Shown here: positions 49,290 through 57,903 of the stretch, one piece after another | Numbering within the stretch: position 1 is the stretch's first letter | Layout of the letters: each line of letters begins with the position of its first letter | Source: Parcubacteria group bacterium Gr01-1014_31 | GTDB lineage: Bacteria; Patescibacteriota; Patescibacteriia; Buchananbacterales; GWA2-38-13 | NCBI GenBank assembly: GCA_007376135.1 | Contig: VMFR01000001.1 | Span: 270,554-334,553, forward strand | Length of the DNA stretch: 64,000 bases | Direction of reading: 5' to 3' | Position numbers and translations under genes: made by a program | Notes under the pieces: generated by a model | What the model was told of the DNA's origin: nothing | Databases searched by the model: none | The model's input: the letters and a program-made list of their open reading frames with translations, nothing else

Positions 49290-49498
49290 ACCCCGTAGGA
49301 CAACGGTCGAACAAAAGGTGTTCGTGCATGACGTTATGATACCACTCGCTGCATTCGTCTTCCCAGTGAGTCCGTTGTCCTACGGGGCATACCCGGGAGT
49401 ACAATGGTCAACAGCAACTGGGCGCTCAAGTACGAAGTACCGAAAAAACGAAGCAAGGGTATCGCGAATATACTAGGACCATTGTACTACCGGGCATA
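49287..49498. repeat. Two tandem CATA-flanked ~100-nt hairpin elements at the mutM start codon
   Basis: CATA-[ccccgtaggacaacgg..ccgttgtcctacgggg]-CATA-[cccgggagtacaatggtc..gaccattgtactaccggg]-CATA. Confidence 0.8.
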
Positions 49499-49502
49499 CT
49501 TC

Positions 49503-49714
49503 TTGGCACCACGCGGTTCCTCATGCTACGGTGCGTATACCCGTTCCCCTTGCCAGTTTGAAATGCCTGGGGGTCCTTGAGGGGCACTTGACCGGACGTT
49601 TGTTCGGATACCCCCAGGGCCTGGAAGTTGGCAACGTCAATATCCGCGGAGGTGATTTGGCGCCGGGGAACAATGGGTGGGGTGTGACGCATGCTGCGAA
49701 ACACCCCTTTTTTT
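49503..49714 (+). ncRNA. Candidate structured RNA, unit 1 of a tandem trio
   Basis: TTGGCA-18 nt-TACGGT; helices GTTCCCC/GGGGAAC, TTGCCAGTTT/AAGTTGGCAA, CCTGGGGGT/ACCCCCAGG; terminator. Confidence 0.55.
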
Positions 49715-49765
49715 GTTTCCTCGCGTCTTCCACAGGTTCTCCACCGTCCATGCACCGACAAGCCG

Positions 49766-50043
49766 TTGACCCCGCCGGCGGCGCGGGCTACCCTGCGTGC
49801 AGATGATGTTCCGGCGACCCGGGTACTAGTGTGGAGGCGACGAACGTTTTTCGCGGCGATGGCAGCCTTCGGGCTCCCACCAAAATCCGCGGACTCTGTT
49901 CGCACATCGGTCGCTCGCCATGAGCGTATCGCGCCTGCTCTGCAGGGATACCCATCGCGAAGCCTACTTCGCCCCACGCATGGCGCCGCCCGCGCCGACC
50001 ATTATCGAGGGCCCGAGCTCCGCTCGCGGCCCTTTTTCTTTTT
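49766..50043 (+). ncRNA. Candidate structured RNA, unit 2
   Basis: TTGACC-17 nt-TACCCT; 5'/3' closing stem GATGATG/CATTATC; long rod with branched tip; terminator. Confidence 0.6.
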
Positions 50044-50046
50044 GTC

Positions 50047-50367
50047 TTGACAACGAGGGACCCGCAGGCCTAAGGTGTCGGGCAGATGGTGTTCTTTCCG
50101 CGAATGTCGCCGTCGGTAACTTGTGGGTCGGCTGGCAGAGGCAGTGACGCTGCGTCTCCTGGACGCATGAGAGGGCGTTGCCGCCCATCCGTACTGCCTT
50201 GGAGAATCCTAGGTTTCTCCAGCTGATCCGCCCGCTCTCTGGCGGGCCACACGGCGCCGGGGCTACTTCGCCCCCGGTATCAGCAACCGACCGAGTTGCT
50301 CTCTGCGGTATTCAACGTATCGAACATTGTCGGAGGGGCTGTCGTCCGCGGCCCCTCCTTTTTCTTT
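50047..50367 (+). ncRNA. Candidate structured RNA, unit 3
   Basis: TTGACA-18 nt-TAAGGT; GATGGTGTTC/GAACATTGTC and further G-U-rich helices; terminator. Confidence 0.6.
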
Positions 50368-50438
50368 ACAAAAAAACGGCGCGGTGCGCAGCCGAGCGCC
50401 AGCTACTTACCTACCGCCCTACCGACTACCTACTGGTC

Positions 50439-51359
50439 TTACAGCCACTTGCGCCAGACGAAAACGCCGAAGGTGCCGAGCGACGAAATGACCATCAGCG
50501 CAGCGATGAGATTGAAGGCGTTGGGGTCCTCGGCGTACGGCAGCCGCACGTTCATCCCGTAAATGCTGGACACGAGCAGCGGCACCGTCAGGATGACGGT
50601 CATGGAGGTCAGGAATTTCAGGGTCTTGTTCAGGTTGTTGGAAAGGATGGTAGAGTACGCCTCGCGGATGTTGGTGATGGAATGGATGCTCTCCTGGCAG
50701 AATTTCAGGACTTGGTTGGCGTCCACCAGCAGGTCCTGGATGAGGTCCTGGTCGTGCTCCACCAGGGGCACCACTTTGCCGGAGGCGATGCGCTCGTAGA
50801 CGGCGACGTTGGACAGCAACGACGCGTTGAAATCGTTGAGCACCTCCTCGTGCTCCACCAGATTGACGATGTCGCGGTTCCGCAGCTGGCGCAATTGGAC
50901 CCGCTGGCGCGACACGCTTTTGGCGATGGCCTTGATATGCAGGTAGAACGCCCGCACGATCTCGTTGAAGACGTAGATGAGAAATTTTGACTTTTCGGTC
51001 GTGAATACGTCCAGACGCTTGGCGACGAACCGGTTGAGGATGGGCGTGTCGTGGAGCGAAATGGTCACCAGGTACGACCCGGTGGTGATGATGGTCAGCG
51101 GCCGGGTGTCGATCTTGCCGTGGCGCTCCACTGGCACGCGGATGTAGACATACAGGGTGCCATTCTCCTGCTCGACGCGGGGCAGCTCGTGCGGGTCCGC
51201 GCTGTCCTCGAGCAGGTCCCGCGACAGCTCGCAGCGTTCCGCCAGGGCGTCCAGCTCGTGCGCGGTCGGCGCGACGGCGTTGACCCAGCTGCCCACCTCA
51301 AGGTGGTCCAGCGTCCGCAGCTCGGTCTCCTTCTCCGTTTTTTTGAAGATCTGGATCAT
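50439..51359 (-). CDS. corA: CorA family magnesium transporter
   Basis: SNNLNKTLKFLT, YGMN, two C-terminal TM helices. Confidence 0.92.
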   Translation of the reverse strand: MIQIFKKTEKETELRTLDHLEVGSWVNAVAPTAHELDALAERCELSRDLLEDSADPHELPRVEQENGTLYVYIRVPVERHGKIDTRPLTIITTGSYLVTISLHDTPILNRFVAKRLDVFTTEKSKFLIYVFNEIVRAFYLHIKAIAKSVSRQRVQLRQLRNRDIVNLVEHEEVLNDFNASLLSNVAVYERIASGKVVPLVEHDQDLIQDLLVDANQVLKFCQESIHSITNIREAYSTILSNNLNKTLKFLTSMTVILTVPLLVSSIYGMNVRLPYAEDPNAFNLIAALMVISSLGTFGVFVWRKWL

Positions 51360-51477
51360 AAGGTTGGGCTCATGGGCCGTTGGTATGCAAAATGGGAGCG
51401 GCAATATGCCGGTTCCCTGCCTACAGTGTAATCGTTCACCCCGCAAGCGTCAAAACCTCCCCAAAACAAGGTCACCC

Positions 51478-51735
51478 TTGACAGGATCAAAAAATTTTGC
51501 CAGCATTTGGGTACTCAACTCAGTTCTGCTCTTCAAATCCCAGATCTCTACTTCATCCCCACAAACCTATAAAGGTTAAGCTTTGGCGCCCGGCTGTTTC
51601 GCGCGTACCTCTGACACCGGGAGAATTCCCCCGGCACGCGCTTGGCCGCGGAGGCCATGGTACCACATAAAGCGGGATGCTTGATTTCGAGGTTTGGGTG
51701 GGGACGGTATGGCAACAGCCTCGTCCCCCTTTTTT
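51478..51735 (+). ncRNA. Candidate structured RNA
   Basis: TTGACA-17 nt-CAGCAT; CAAACCT/AGGTTTG closing helix; GGGACG..CGTCCC terminator. Confidence 0.5.
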
Positions 51736-51776
51736 ATGAAAATAAGCCGATTTTTCGAAATCCACTGACGTAGGGG

Positions 51777-52024
51777 TTGACATCTGGTGCGGAAGGCCTA
51801 TGCTGTTAGGCAATACATGCCCTTTTGAAATCCCCACCTGAACTGGTAGCTTTGAGCTACACACCGCGGCGCGCTGCTGCACCTATCTCAACTCCCGGGG
51901 TTTTACCTCGGAACCTCCTTGGGCGACAGCCCAGACGTGCACGCAGCCATGCTGCGGATTACCATCCGGTCCAGGTGACACAGGGTAGGGACGACTGGCT
52001 ATGCCTCTCGTCCCTTTTTCTTTT
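51777..52024 (+). ncRNA. Candidate structured RNA
   Basis: TTGACA-16 nt-TATGCT; CACCTG/CAGGTG closing helix; GGGACGA..TCGTCCC terminator. Confidence 0.55.
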
Positions 52025-52118
52025 CCCGCGACCGCAGCAAGGGAGTCCCGCCAACGGCGGGGAGAATCCAGTAACCCAAGACTGTTTTTCTGGATCCCGG
52101 GTCTGGGCCCGGGATGAC
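52022..52118. repeat. REP-like palindromic element (..ATCCAG..CTGGATC..GGATGAC family)
   Basis: A related copy lies at 52571-52688; the two flank the Nudix gene. Confidence 0.6.
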
Positions 52119-52129
52119 GCGCTGCAAAA

Positions 52130-52552
52130 TCACGCGTCAAAGAATATCCGTCCCCCGCGATAGGCCTCCACGTACGTCGGGATGGTAAAGAATTGCGGCG
52201 TTGGCAAATGGTCCAGGTCGTACCACGCCCAGCCGTCTATTTTATCCGGCTCCATCACGCGGGGTTCGCCCGACGCCCAGTCAGCGAGGACACCAATGTC
52301 TATATAGTGCTTGGGCGCGTAGGCCTTCAGATTCTGCAACCGCAAGAAGCGGACGTTCTCAATCTCCATGCCGGTCTCCTCGCGGACTTCCCTGCGCGCG
52401 CAGTCTTCGATGGATTCCATATACTCCAGGTGCCCGCCCGGCCACGCATACTCCCCTCGCCCGTGCGCGCCCAACCGGCGGCCCATCAGGGCTTTGCCGT
52501 CTTTCAGTATCATCACGCCGATGCCGATCTTGATGATGTGGTCGGTATCCAT
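52130..52552 (-). CDS. Nudix hydrolase (NUDT15-like)
   Basis: PGGHLEYMESIEDCARREVREETG; EPDK. Confidence 0.9.
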   Translation of the reverse strand: MDTDHIIKIGIGVMILKDGKALMGRRLGAHGRGEYAWPGGHLEYMESIEDCARREVREETGMEIENVRFLRLQNLKAYAPKHYIDIGVLADWASGEPRVMEPDKIDGWAWYDLDHLPTPQFFTIPTYVEAYRGGRIFFDA

Positions 52553-52570
52553 AGTGTATCGTTTTTAACT

Positions 52571-52688
52571 GTCATCCCCGCGCCCCAGCGGGGATCCAGT
52601 AGCCCGATAATGGCTTTTCTGGATCCTCCCGCCGCTGGCGGGATAGGCCACGGGAGTTTACCCTCATGAAAATGGGGGCGGGAATGAC
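52571..52688. repeat. REP-like GTCATCCC...GGAATGAC element
   Basis: gtcatccccgc..gcggggatccag...ctggatcc...gggaatgac. Confidence 0.65.
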
Positions 52689-52706
52689 GGGTGATTGCTG
52701 GCTCGG

Positions 52707-53498
52707 CTACCTGTTTTTTAATATCTCCAGCAACCGGTCGTGGACCTGCGTACCGTTCGAGGCAATAAACTGGCGGTGTTCGTCGGAGTGATTGACGTCG
52801 CCCTGGAACGTCGTCATCTTTGCACCCGCTTCCTTGGCGATGAGGCGTCCGGCGGCGTAATCATAGAATTCGCTGCCACTGTGCAGGATCGCTTCAATTT
52901 TTCCCTCCGCCAGCATGCAGAAATCCAGAGCCGGGGTCCACAGCGTCAGCATCCGCTTGATGCCGGCGGCAAAGAACGGGCGCACGAAATCGCACTCCAC
53001 TTCCGGCGTATTGCCGTACGGCGCAATGTAGGCCAGCGTCGCGTGCCGCAGGTCGGCTTGCTGGTTGACGCGTATTTTTTTGCCGTTGCAATATGCCCCG
53101 CCCCCGCGCACGGCGGTAAAGAGGCGCTTGCGCATCGGGTCGTAGACCACCGCCGCCCGGATGACGTGGTCGGAAATCAGACACATGCTGACCGAAAAGA
53201 ACGGGATACCGAGCACGAAATTGTTGGTGCCGTCCAACGGGTCAAGAACGAACGTGAACTCCGACCCCTTGCCGCGCTCCCCCATTTCTTCCGAGACGAT
53301 ATTGTACTTCGGAAATGCCTTTTCCAGGATGCGAATGACGGCTTTCTCCGACCCCAGGTCCGCGTCGGTCCGGAAATCCGCAGTGGTGGACTTTGTTTCC
53401 ACGGCAATGGCTTTCCCGAAGTAGCGGCGCAGTACGCGGCCGCCGGCTAAAGCCGCTTTCATCATCACCGAAAGCGTTTTGTCGCTGCGTTTCTTCAT
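52707..53498 (-). CDS. Inositol monophosphatase family protein (SuhB-like)
   Basis: SEE, LDPLDGTNNF, DYAAG.LI.KEAG. Confidence 0.9.
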   Translation of the reverse strand: MKKRSDKTLSVMMKAALAGGRVLRRYFGKAIAVETKSTTADFRTDADLGSEKAVIRILEKAFPKYNIVSEEMGERGKGSEFTFVLDPLDGTNNFVLGIPFFSVSMCLISDHVIRAAVVYDPMRKRLFTAVRGGGAYCNGKKIRVNQQADLRHATLAYIAPYGNTPEVECDFVRPFFAAGIKRMLTLWTPALDFCMLAEGKIEAILHSGSEFYDYAAGRLIAKEAGAKMTTFQGDVNHSDEHRQFIASNGTQVHDRLLEILKNR

Positions 53499-53965
53499 GG
53501 CAGGGTTTTCACTTCGCGCAGGTCCATGCGCTGGACCACGTTGCCGTCAGCGTCAAAGTGAAAGGTACCACGAAATCTTTTGCCCGCCAAAAACAGCGGC
53601 AGCCAGTGGCGGTCGTCCGGCCACATCCGGTCATAAGGGATGGCATGAGTCGCAAACCATTGCGGCCGCATTTCCGCGGTTTCCGCCGGAATACCGTTCC
53701 AATTGCCCACGCGGAAAATATGGACTTCCAGAGAGTCCTTCTTCCCTTCGAATAAGAACGCGAGTATCCCGCGCAAGTCGAGTTTCGCGACCCGCAGACC
53801 GACTTCCTCGTTCACCTCGCGGACTGCTGCAGCATCTACCGTCTCCTCTTCCTCAACTTTACCGCCAAAGCCGTTCCACCGCCCTTGGCCAAACCCGCGT
53901 TTCTTAAAACCGAGCAAGATGTCGTCGCCCTGCTGAATGAGGCACAAGGTGTACAGTTTTTTCAC
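53495..53965 (-). CDS. 8-oxo-dGTP diphosphatase (NUDT1/MTH1-like)
   Basis: LLGFKKRGFGQGRWNGFGGKV, EMRPQWF, MWPDD.HW. Confidence 0.9.
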   Translation of the reverse strand: MKKLYTLCLIQQGDDILLGFKKRGFGQGRWNGFGGKVEEEETVDAAAVREVNEEVGLRVAKLDLRGILAFLFEGKKDSLEVHIFRVGNWNGIPAETAEMRPQWFATHAIPYDRMWPDDRHWLPLFLAGKRFRGTFHFDADGNVVQRMDLREVKTLP

Positions 53966-53976
53966 AGTGGATAGAA

Positions 53977-54447
53977 TTACTTCGCGTCCGGATGCAGGCG
54001 GCGATAGACATCGGGTGCGTGCTGTTTGAGCAGGTCATCCAGCGGGTTGACCCGTTTCACTTGTTTGAATTGCATGCCACGATGCGCACCGCCCTTGACC
54101 TTCTCGGCAAAACTTTGGATCAGCCGCGAACATTCGTCGGTTAACCCGAGGCCCTCACGTAATTTCGACATTTCGATATAGCGACGGTCGCGGGCGATGT
54201 ACAGTTGCGACCGCACTTCGCCCGCTTCCCCCTTGGCGATGTACAGCGCATCAATGAATTCCGCCTGCGTACCGCGGTCAAATCCCTCGGCGATGTTGGA
54301 CATCGTGGACACGGCCGCGCGGCGCATCTGGCGCTTGAGGTCTACGTCGCGGAATACTGGCGCGTCGGTAAGGTCGAAAATAAAATTCACCAAGGCCCGG
54401 CATTTCTGCCAGCACAATAAGTCTTCGAATTTCTGAACCGTGGCCAT
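53977..54447 (-). CDS. Four-helix-bundle protein (23S rRNA IVP family)
   Basis: FEDL..WQ, QMRRAAVS..SNIAEG, AKGEAGE.RSQL. Confidence 0.9.
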   Translation of the reverse strand: MATVQKFEDLLCWQKCRALVNFIFDLTDAPVFRDVDLKRQMRRAAVSTMSNIAEGFDRGTQAEFIDALYIAKGEAGEVRSQLYIARDRRYIEMSKLREGLGLTDECSRLIQSFAEKVKGGAHRGMQFKQVKRVNPLDDLLKQHAPDVYRRLHPDAK

Positions 54448-54451
54448 ACTA

Positions 54452-54585
54452 TTGATATTTCGAAATTACGATATCTCGATATTTCGAAATCTCCATTCTT
54501 GTGATCTCATGAGGTCGGTATATCGAAATTTTGCTATCTCAATATACTTAGGACAAACTACCAGATGCTCGAAATTTCGAGATAT
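54452..54585. repeat. Degenerate ~8-mer repeats (ATTTCGAA / ATATCGA) upstream of the four-helix-bundle gene
   Basis: gatatttcgaaattacgatatctcgatatttcgaaat...tatcgaaattt...ctcgaaatttcgagatatc. Confidence 0.6.
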
Positions 54586-55057
54586 CACCGCGACTCAATA
54601 AGGTGCCGCACGAACGCAAAATGTTTTTCGAGCATGGAGTGCATCGGTTCAGGCAGCTGGTCCGGCGCAAACCAACCAAGGTCATCAATTTTTTCCGGGT
54701 CGCCGTTCTTCACCAGTTCAGGATTCACGCGCACGGCATGGATGAGTGCCACCCAGTGCGTCGGCGTGCCGTTGTTGTCGCGCAGCACATTGGTGGTCGC
54801 GGCCAGTACCACTTCTTCGGGTTCGGTGCCGTACTCCTCGCGAATTTCCCGCCGGACGGCAGCCTCAATGTCTTCGCCAAACTCTAGAGCCCCAGCTCCG
54901 CAGTCCATCTTCCCTGCTCATCCCGGCAGAATTGGCTCCTGCGATGCAAAAGTATTTTGCCATTTCCATCATGGCAAAAAAACACACAGGCAATGCCGAT
55001 GTGGTCAACGCCGCGGCGGGAGTCTATGGCGTTGTACTGGTCGCTTGTCATATTCAT
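54585..55057 (-). pseudogene. Nudix hydrolase split by a 1-nt frameshift near 54905
   Basis: ..RDEQGRW in one frame continues as DCGAGALEFGEDIEAAVRREIREEYG in another; TGGAC in place of TGGGAC. Confidence 0.8.
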
Positions 55058-55560
55058 TTTGCCCCCACCTGCCCCTGAAGTCCTTGGACTACGGGCCAAA
55101 ATAAGGGCAAGCAATTATCTTCCTTGACTTCAGCGATGTTCAACCACGCGACATCGGCAATCTCGTCCTCGACGATGGTATTGATGACCTGCTTGTCTTG
55201 CTTCTCGCTCGTCAATTTGGCGCGGTACATCAAGGCGATAGCGCGGAAATATTTCTGGTCGCGGGTGCCGAAAAAATTCTTCTCACCGATGTAGAACGGC
55301 TGTTCCTCGGCCTGGACGCGGTACCCGGTCTCCTCGTAGACCTCGCGCAGCAGGCCCTCGTGCAGCGACTCGGAAATTTCTACTCCCCCGCCGGGCAGCT
55401 CCCACCGATTGTTGTGCATCTGCTTGATGAACAGATGCTTGCCCCCGCGCTCAACCAGCGCATAAACCGAAATGCGCCATACCGGCGCAACGTCCCCCGG
55501 TTTCTTGTGGACTATGCCAAGGTAATCTTTGTAGATCTCCTTGCTTTCTGGGGCCGTCAT
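55054..55560 (-). CDS. Nudix hydrolase
   Basis: WELPGGGVEISESLHEGLLREVYEETG. Confidence 0.9.
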   Translation of the reverse strand: MTAPESKEIYKDYLGIVHKKPGDVAPVWRISVYALVERGGKHLFIKQMHNNRWELPGGGVEISESLHEGLLREVYEETGYRVQAEEQPFYIGEKNFFGTRDQKYFRAIALMYRAKLTSEKQDKQVINTIVEDEIADVAWLNIAEVKEDNCLPLFWPVVQGLQGQVGAK

Positions 55561-55600
55561 ACCACGTCAGTATACCGTATTTCGTCGCCCCACAAACAGT

Positions 55601-56272
55601 TCAACTCCATATTTCATATTTCTTACCAAACACTATCCTTATCCCGCCATAAACATTATAGAAAAATGAAAATAGGTCGTAGAGAAACGGAACCTTAACA
55701 CCAAATATATATATCTCAATATTCCCGAATATTTTTGGCTTCACCATTTTATATTCCTTTTCCAAAACGTTTTTGTCAATTTTTCTTTTGGGATTCAGAA
55801 ACGATTGATAAATGCCGGCCAGCACCGATGACAGCGGGATACCAACAAATTCAAGGTTCTCAAAATGATACGGGGTTCGCCTCAAATAATCGGACGTGAT
55901 CCGAATTTCACCTACTTTCATAAAACGCCGGGAAAAATAGTCTTTGGTGAATTTACCCACCAACAGAAAGGTCAACCCAAGGTACTCATCCTTTGCTGCT
56001 TCAGTCCAACGAAATCCCATTTTCATTTTATTTTCCAGCGTAAAGCCCGCTTTCCTCAGGTGTTCAAAAACACATTCCTTGTTTTCCTCATCGAGCACGA
56101 CGTCAAGGTCGCCGATATGACGGAATACTCGACCAACATGGGCAGCGATCAGCGTCGAACCGACTATCCTGTATTCGGCGTTACATAATCGAAAAATATC
56201 AGTCGCGATTTGCAGCGTGTTGATAATTTTTTGCTTTTCATGTTGCCTCTCTCCGTCGGCGTGCATATTCAA
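55601..56272 (-). CDS. Nucleotidyltransferase-fold protein (LicD/ANT-like); start uncertain
   Basis: Y.IVGS...R..GDLDVV; AT-rich. Confidence 0.6.
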   Translation of the reverse strand: MNMHADGERQHEKQKIINTLQIATDIFRLCNAEYRIVGSTLIAAHVGRVFRHIGDLDVVLDEENKECVFEHLRKAGFTLENKMKMGFRWTEAAKDEYLGLTFLLVGKFTKDYFSRRFMKVGEIRITSDYLRRTPYHFENLEFVGIPLSSVLAGIYQSFLNPKRKIDKNVLEKEYKMVKPKIFGNIEIYIFGVKVPFLYDLFSFFYNVYGGIRIVFGKKYEIWS

Positions 56273-56349
56273 TTTTCATCCCCATTGATTCGATGGCTTA
56301 AATGTCGCTACTCAGTACTGATAACCATACTATCCCATAGTAACAGTAA

Positions 56350-56371
56350 TGGCACCTTTTTAGAAAAGGTG
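56350..56371. repeat. TGGCACCTTT..AAAGGTG palindrome (other copies 57985-58009, 58638-58662, 58680-58704)
   Basis: Four related palindromes within 2.4 kb. Confidence 0.65.
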
Positions 56372-56564
56372 TGGTTTAATCCGATACTATTTTCGAATTC
56401 TTCAAAGGGCGAGAATAAAAATCATGCGTTCGTTAACATTGACGAAATCACGACTTTATGGTACTCTTCGCTGCCACTCATCTTGTCGATAAGTGGAAGT
56501 GCTTTCGGCACATTTACATTTCAAGTGTTCGGTAACTGGCCCTTTGACGAAAGGAGGTGGCCAG

Positions 56565-56888
56565 GTGTTCGATTTCTTACGTTCAACGCACAGCACGGTG
56601 GCAGTGTTCGTGGGCGTCGTTCTGTTCGTGCTCGTCTTTGCCTGGGTGCTCATCAGGTGGGTTTCCACCTGGGAGGAGGTCGCGGACAAGGTGTCCATGC
56701 AGCGGCAGATCAGGTTCTGGCGAAACACCGCACTCGCCGTCGCCGCCGTGGTTTTCGTGATCGCGCTGGCGAACATTGCCGTGGTGAATGAGACGCCACG
56801 GTCGACCATCGACCGATCGTCGGTAAACCAGCAGGCCGACGACTACGAACAGCACGTCAAGGAGAAGGCCGGTGAAGCAAAGAAGTAG
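56565..56888 (+). CDS. Two-TM membrane protein
   Basis: TTGACG-17 nt-TACTCT promoter, AAGGAGGT before GTG. Confidence 0.7.
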   Translation: MFDFLRSTHSTVAVFVGVVLFVLVFAWVLIRWVSTWEEVADKVSMQRQIRFWRNTALAVAAVVFVIALANIAVVNETPRSTIDRSSVNQQADDYEQHVKEKAGEAKK

Positions 56889-56943
56889 CCGGCGTCGGGT
56901 TCGGTCTCTGGATCATCAATCCAAATCAGGAAGGAGAATCACC

Positions 56944-57903
56944 ATGCGTTGGATGAAGTTCCTCATCGCGTTCGTGTGCGGCAGCCTCGCTGCGACGGCT
57001 GCGGTTCTGCTCGGCGGGTGCGACAACATGAAGCAGGTGCCGCCCGGCTTCATCGCCAAGAAGCTCACCCCCACGGGGTGGGAGAAGAAGCTCTACGAGA
57101 GCGGCATGGTGAACGTCGGCACCAAGTCCAACGACGGCACCATGAACATCCTCGTCATCTGCGAGGCAACCACCGCCACCATCAAGGAGCAATTCGGCAA
57201 GGAAGCGGCCGGGAATACCGATGCCGAAGACCACCGGATGCTCACCAAGGACGGCGTCCCGCTGACCGTGGACGTGTACGTGCGCGTTCTCCTGCCCGAC
57301 GACGAAGAGAACCGCAACAGCATCTTCGTGATGGTGACGCCGAAAGCCACCCCCGACATCCAGGTCCAGCGCATCCTGCTGGAAGACGTCTACGAGCGAT
57401 TCGCCCGGCCCAACATCCGGAGCGGCGCGCGAGCGATCTTCGCCGAGCAGGACAGCTACACGGCCGTCTACCAGAACTTCAAGACCATCAGCGACAAGGT
57501 CGGCGCGCTGGTGGCCGAGACGTTCAAGAACGCTAAGGTACCGTTGCGGCTGCAGGCCGTGGAGCTCTCCAATGTCAAGCCGGATGACATCATCTGGCAA
57601 GCGAATGCCGCCAAGGCCTCGGCCGATGCCGAGGTCAATCGCATCAAGGCCATCGGCGATTCGCTGAAGGCCAGCCCCGAGTACCGGGAATACATGATGT
57701 GGAAACAGCTGGAAAAGATCGCCGAGGTCGGCAGTAAGACCGGCCTCAACACCATCATCATCGTTCCCGTCGGCGGTGAAACTCTGGGCAAGCAGATCGC
57801 TGCCGCCGAATACTTGCGTCAGCAAGTCGCTCCCAAGGGCACCAAGATCGTGCCCACGCCCCCGCCGCCCCAGCCCGAACCTGTCAAGGCCGAAAAGCCG
57901 TAG
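56944..57903 (+). CDS. SPFH/band-7-like lipoprotein
   Basis: Lipobox LLGGC, QVPPG, TKDGVPLTVDV, AxAE coil; AGGAG RBS; terminator. Confidence 0.65.
   Translation: MRWMKFLIAFVCGSLAATAAVLLGGCDNMKQVPPGFIAKKLTPTGWEKKLYESGMVNVGTKSNDGTMNILVICEATTATIKEQFGKEAAGNTDAEDHRMLTKDGVPLTVDVYVRVLLPDDEENRNSIFVMVTPKATPDIQVQRILLEDVYERFARPNIRSGARAIFAEQDSYTAVYQNFKTISDKVGALVAETFKNAKVPLRLQAVELSNVKPDDIIWQANAAKASADAEVNRIKAIGDSLKASPEYREYMMWKQLEKIAEVGSKTGLNTIIIVPVGGETLGKQIAAAEYLRQQVAPKGTKIVPTPPPPQPEPVKAEKP

Noticed and set aside
49503..52024. ncRNA units as tmRNA, RNase P, SRP or retron msr-msd
   Set aside because: Hallmark motifs (GGGG..TCCACCA ends, GAGGAAAGTCC, the SRP GGAA/AGCAG loop) are absent and no reverse transcriptase is nearby; 6S cannot be excluded by eye.
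53977..54585. Four-helix-bundle gene as the Avd of a diversity-generating retroelement
   Set aside because: No reverse transcriptase and no TR/VR pair with adenine-specific mismatches in the window.
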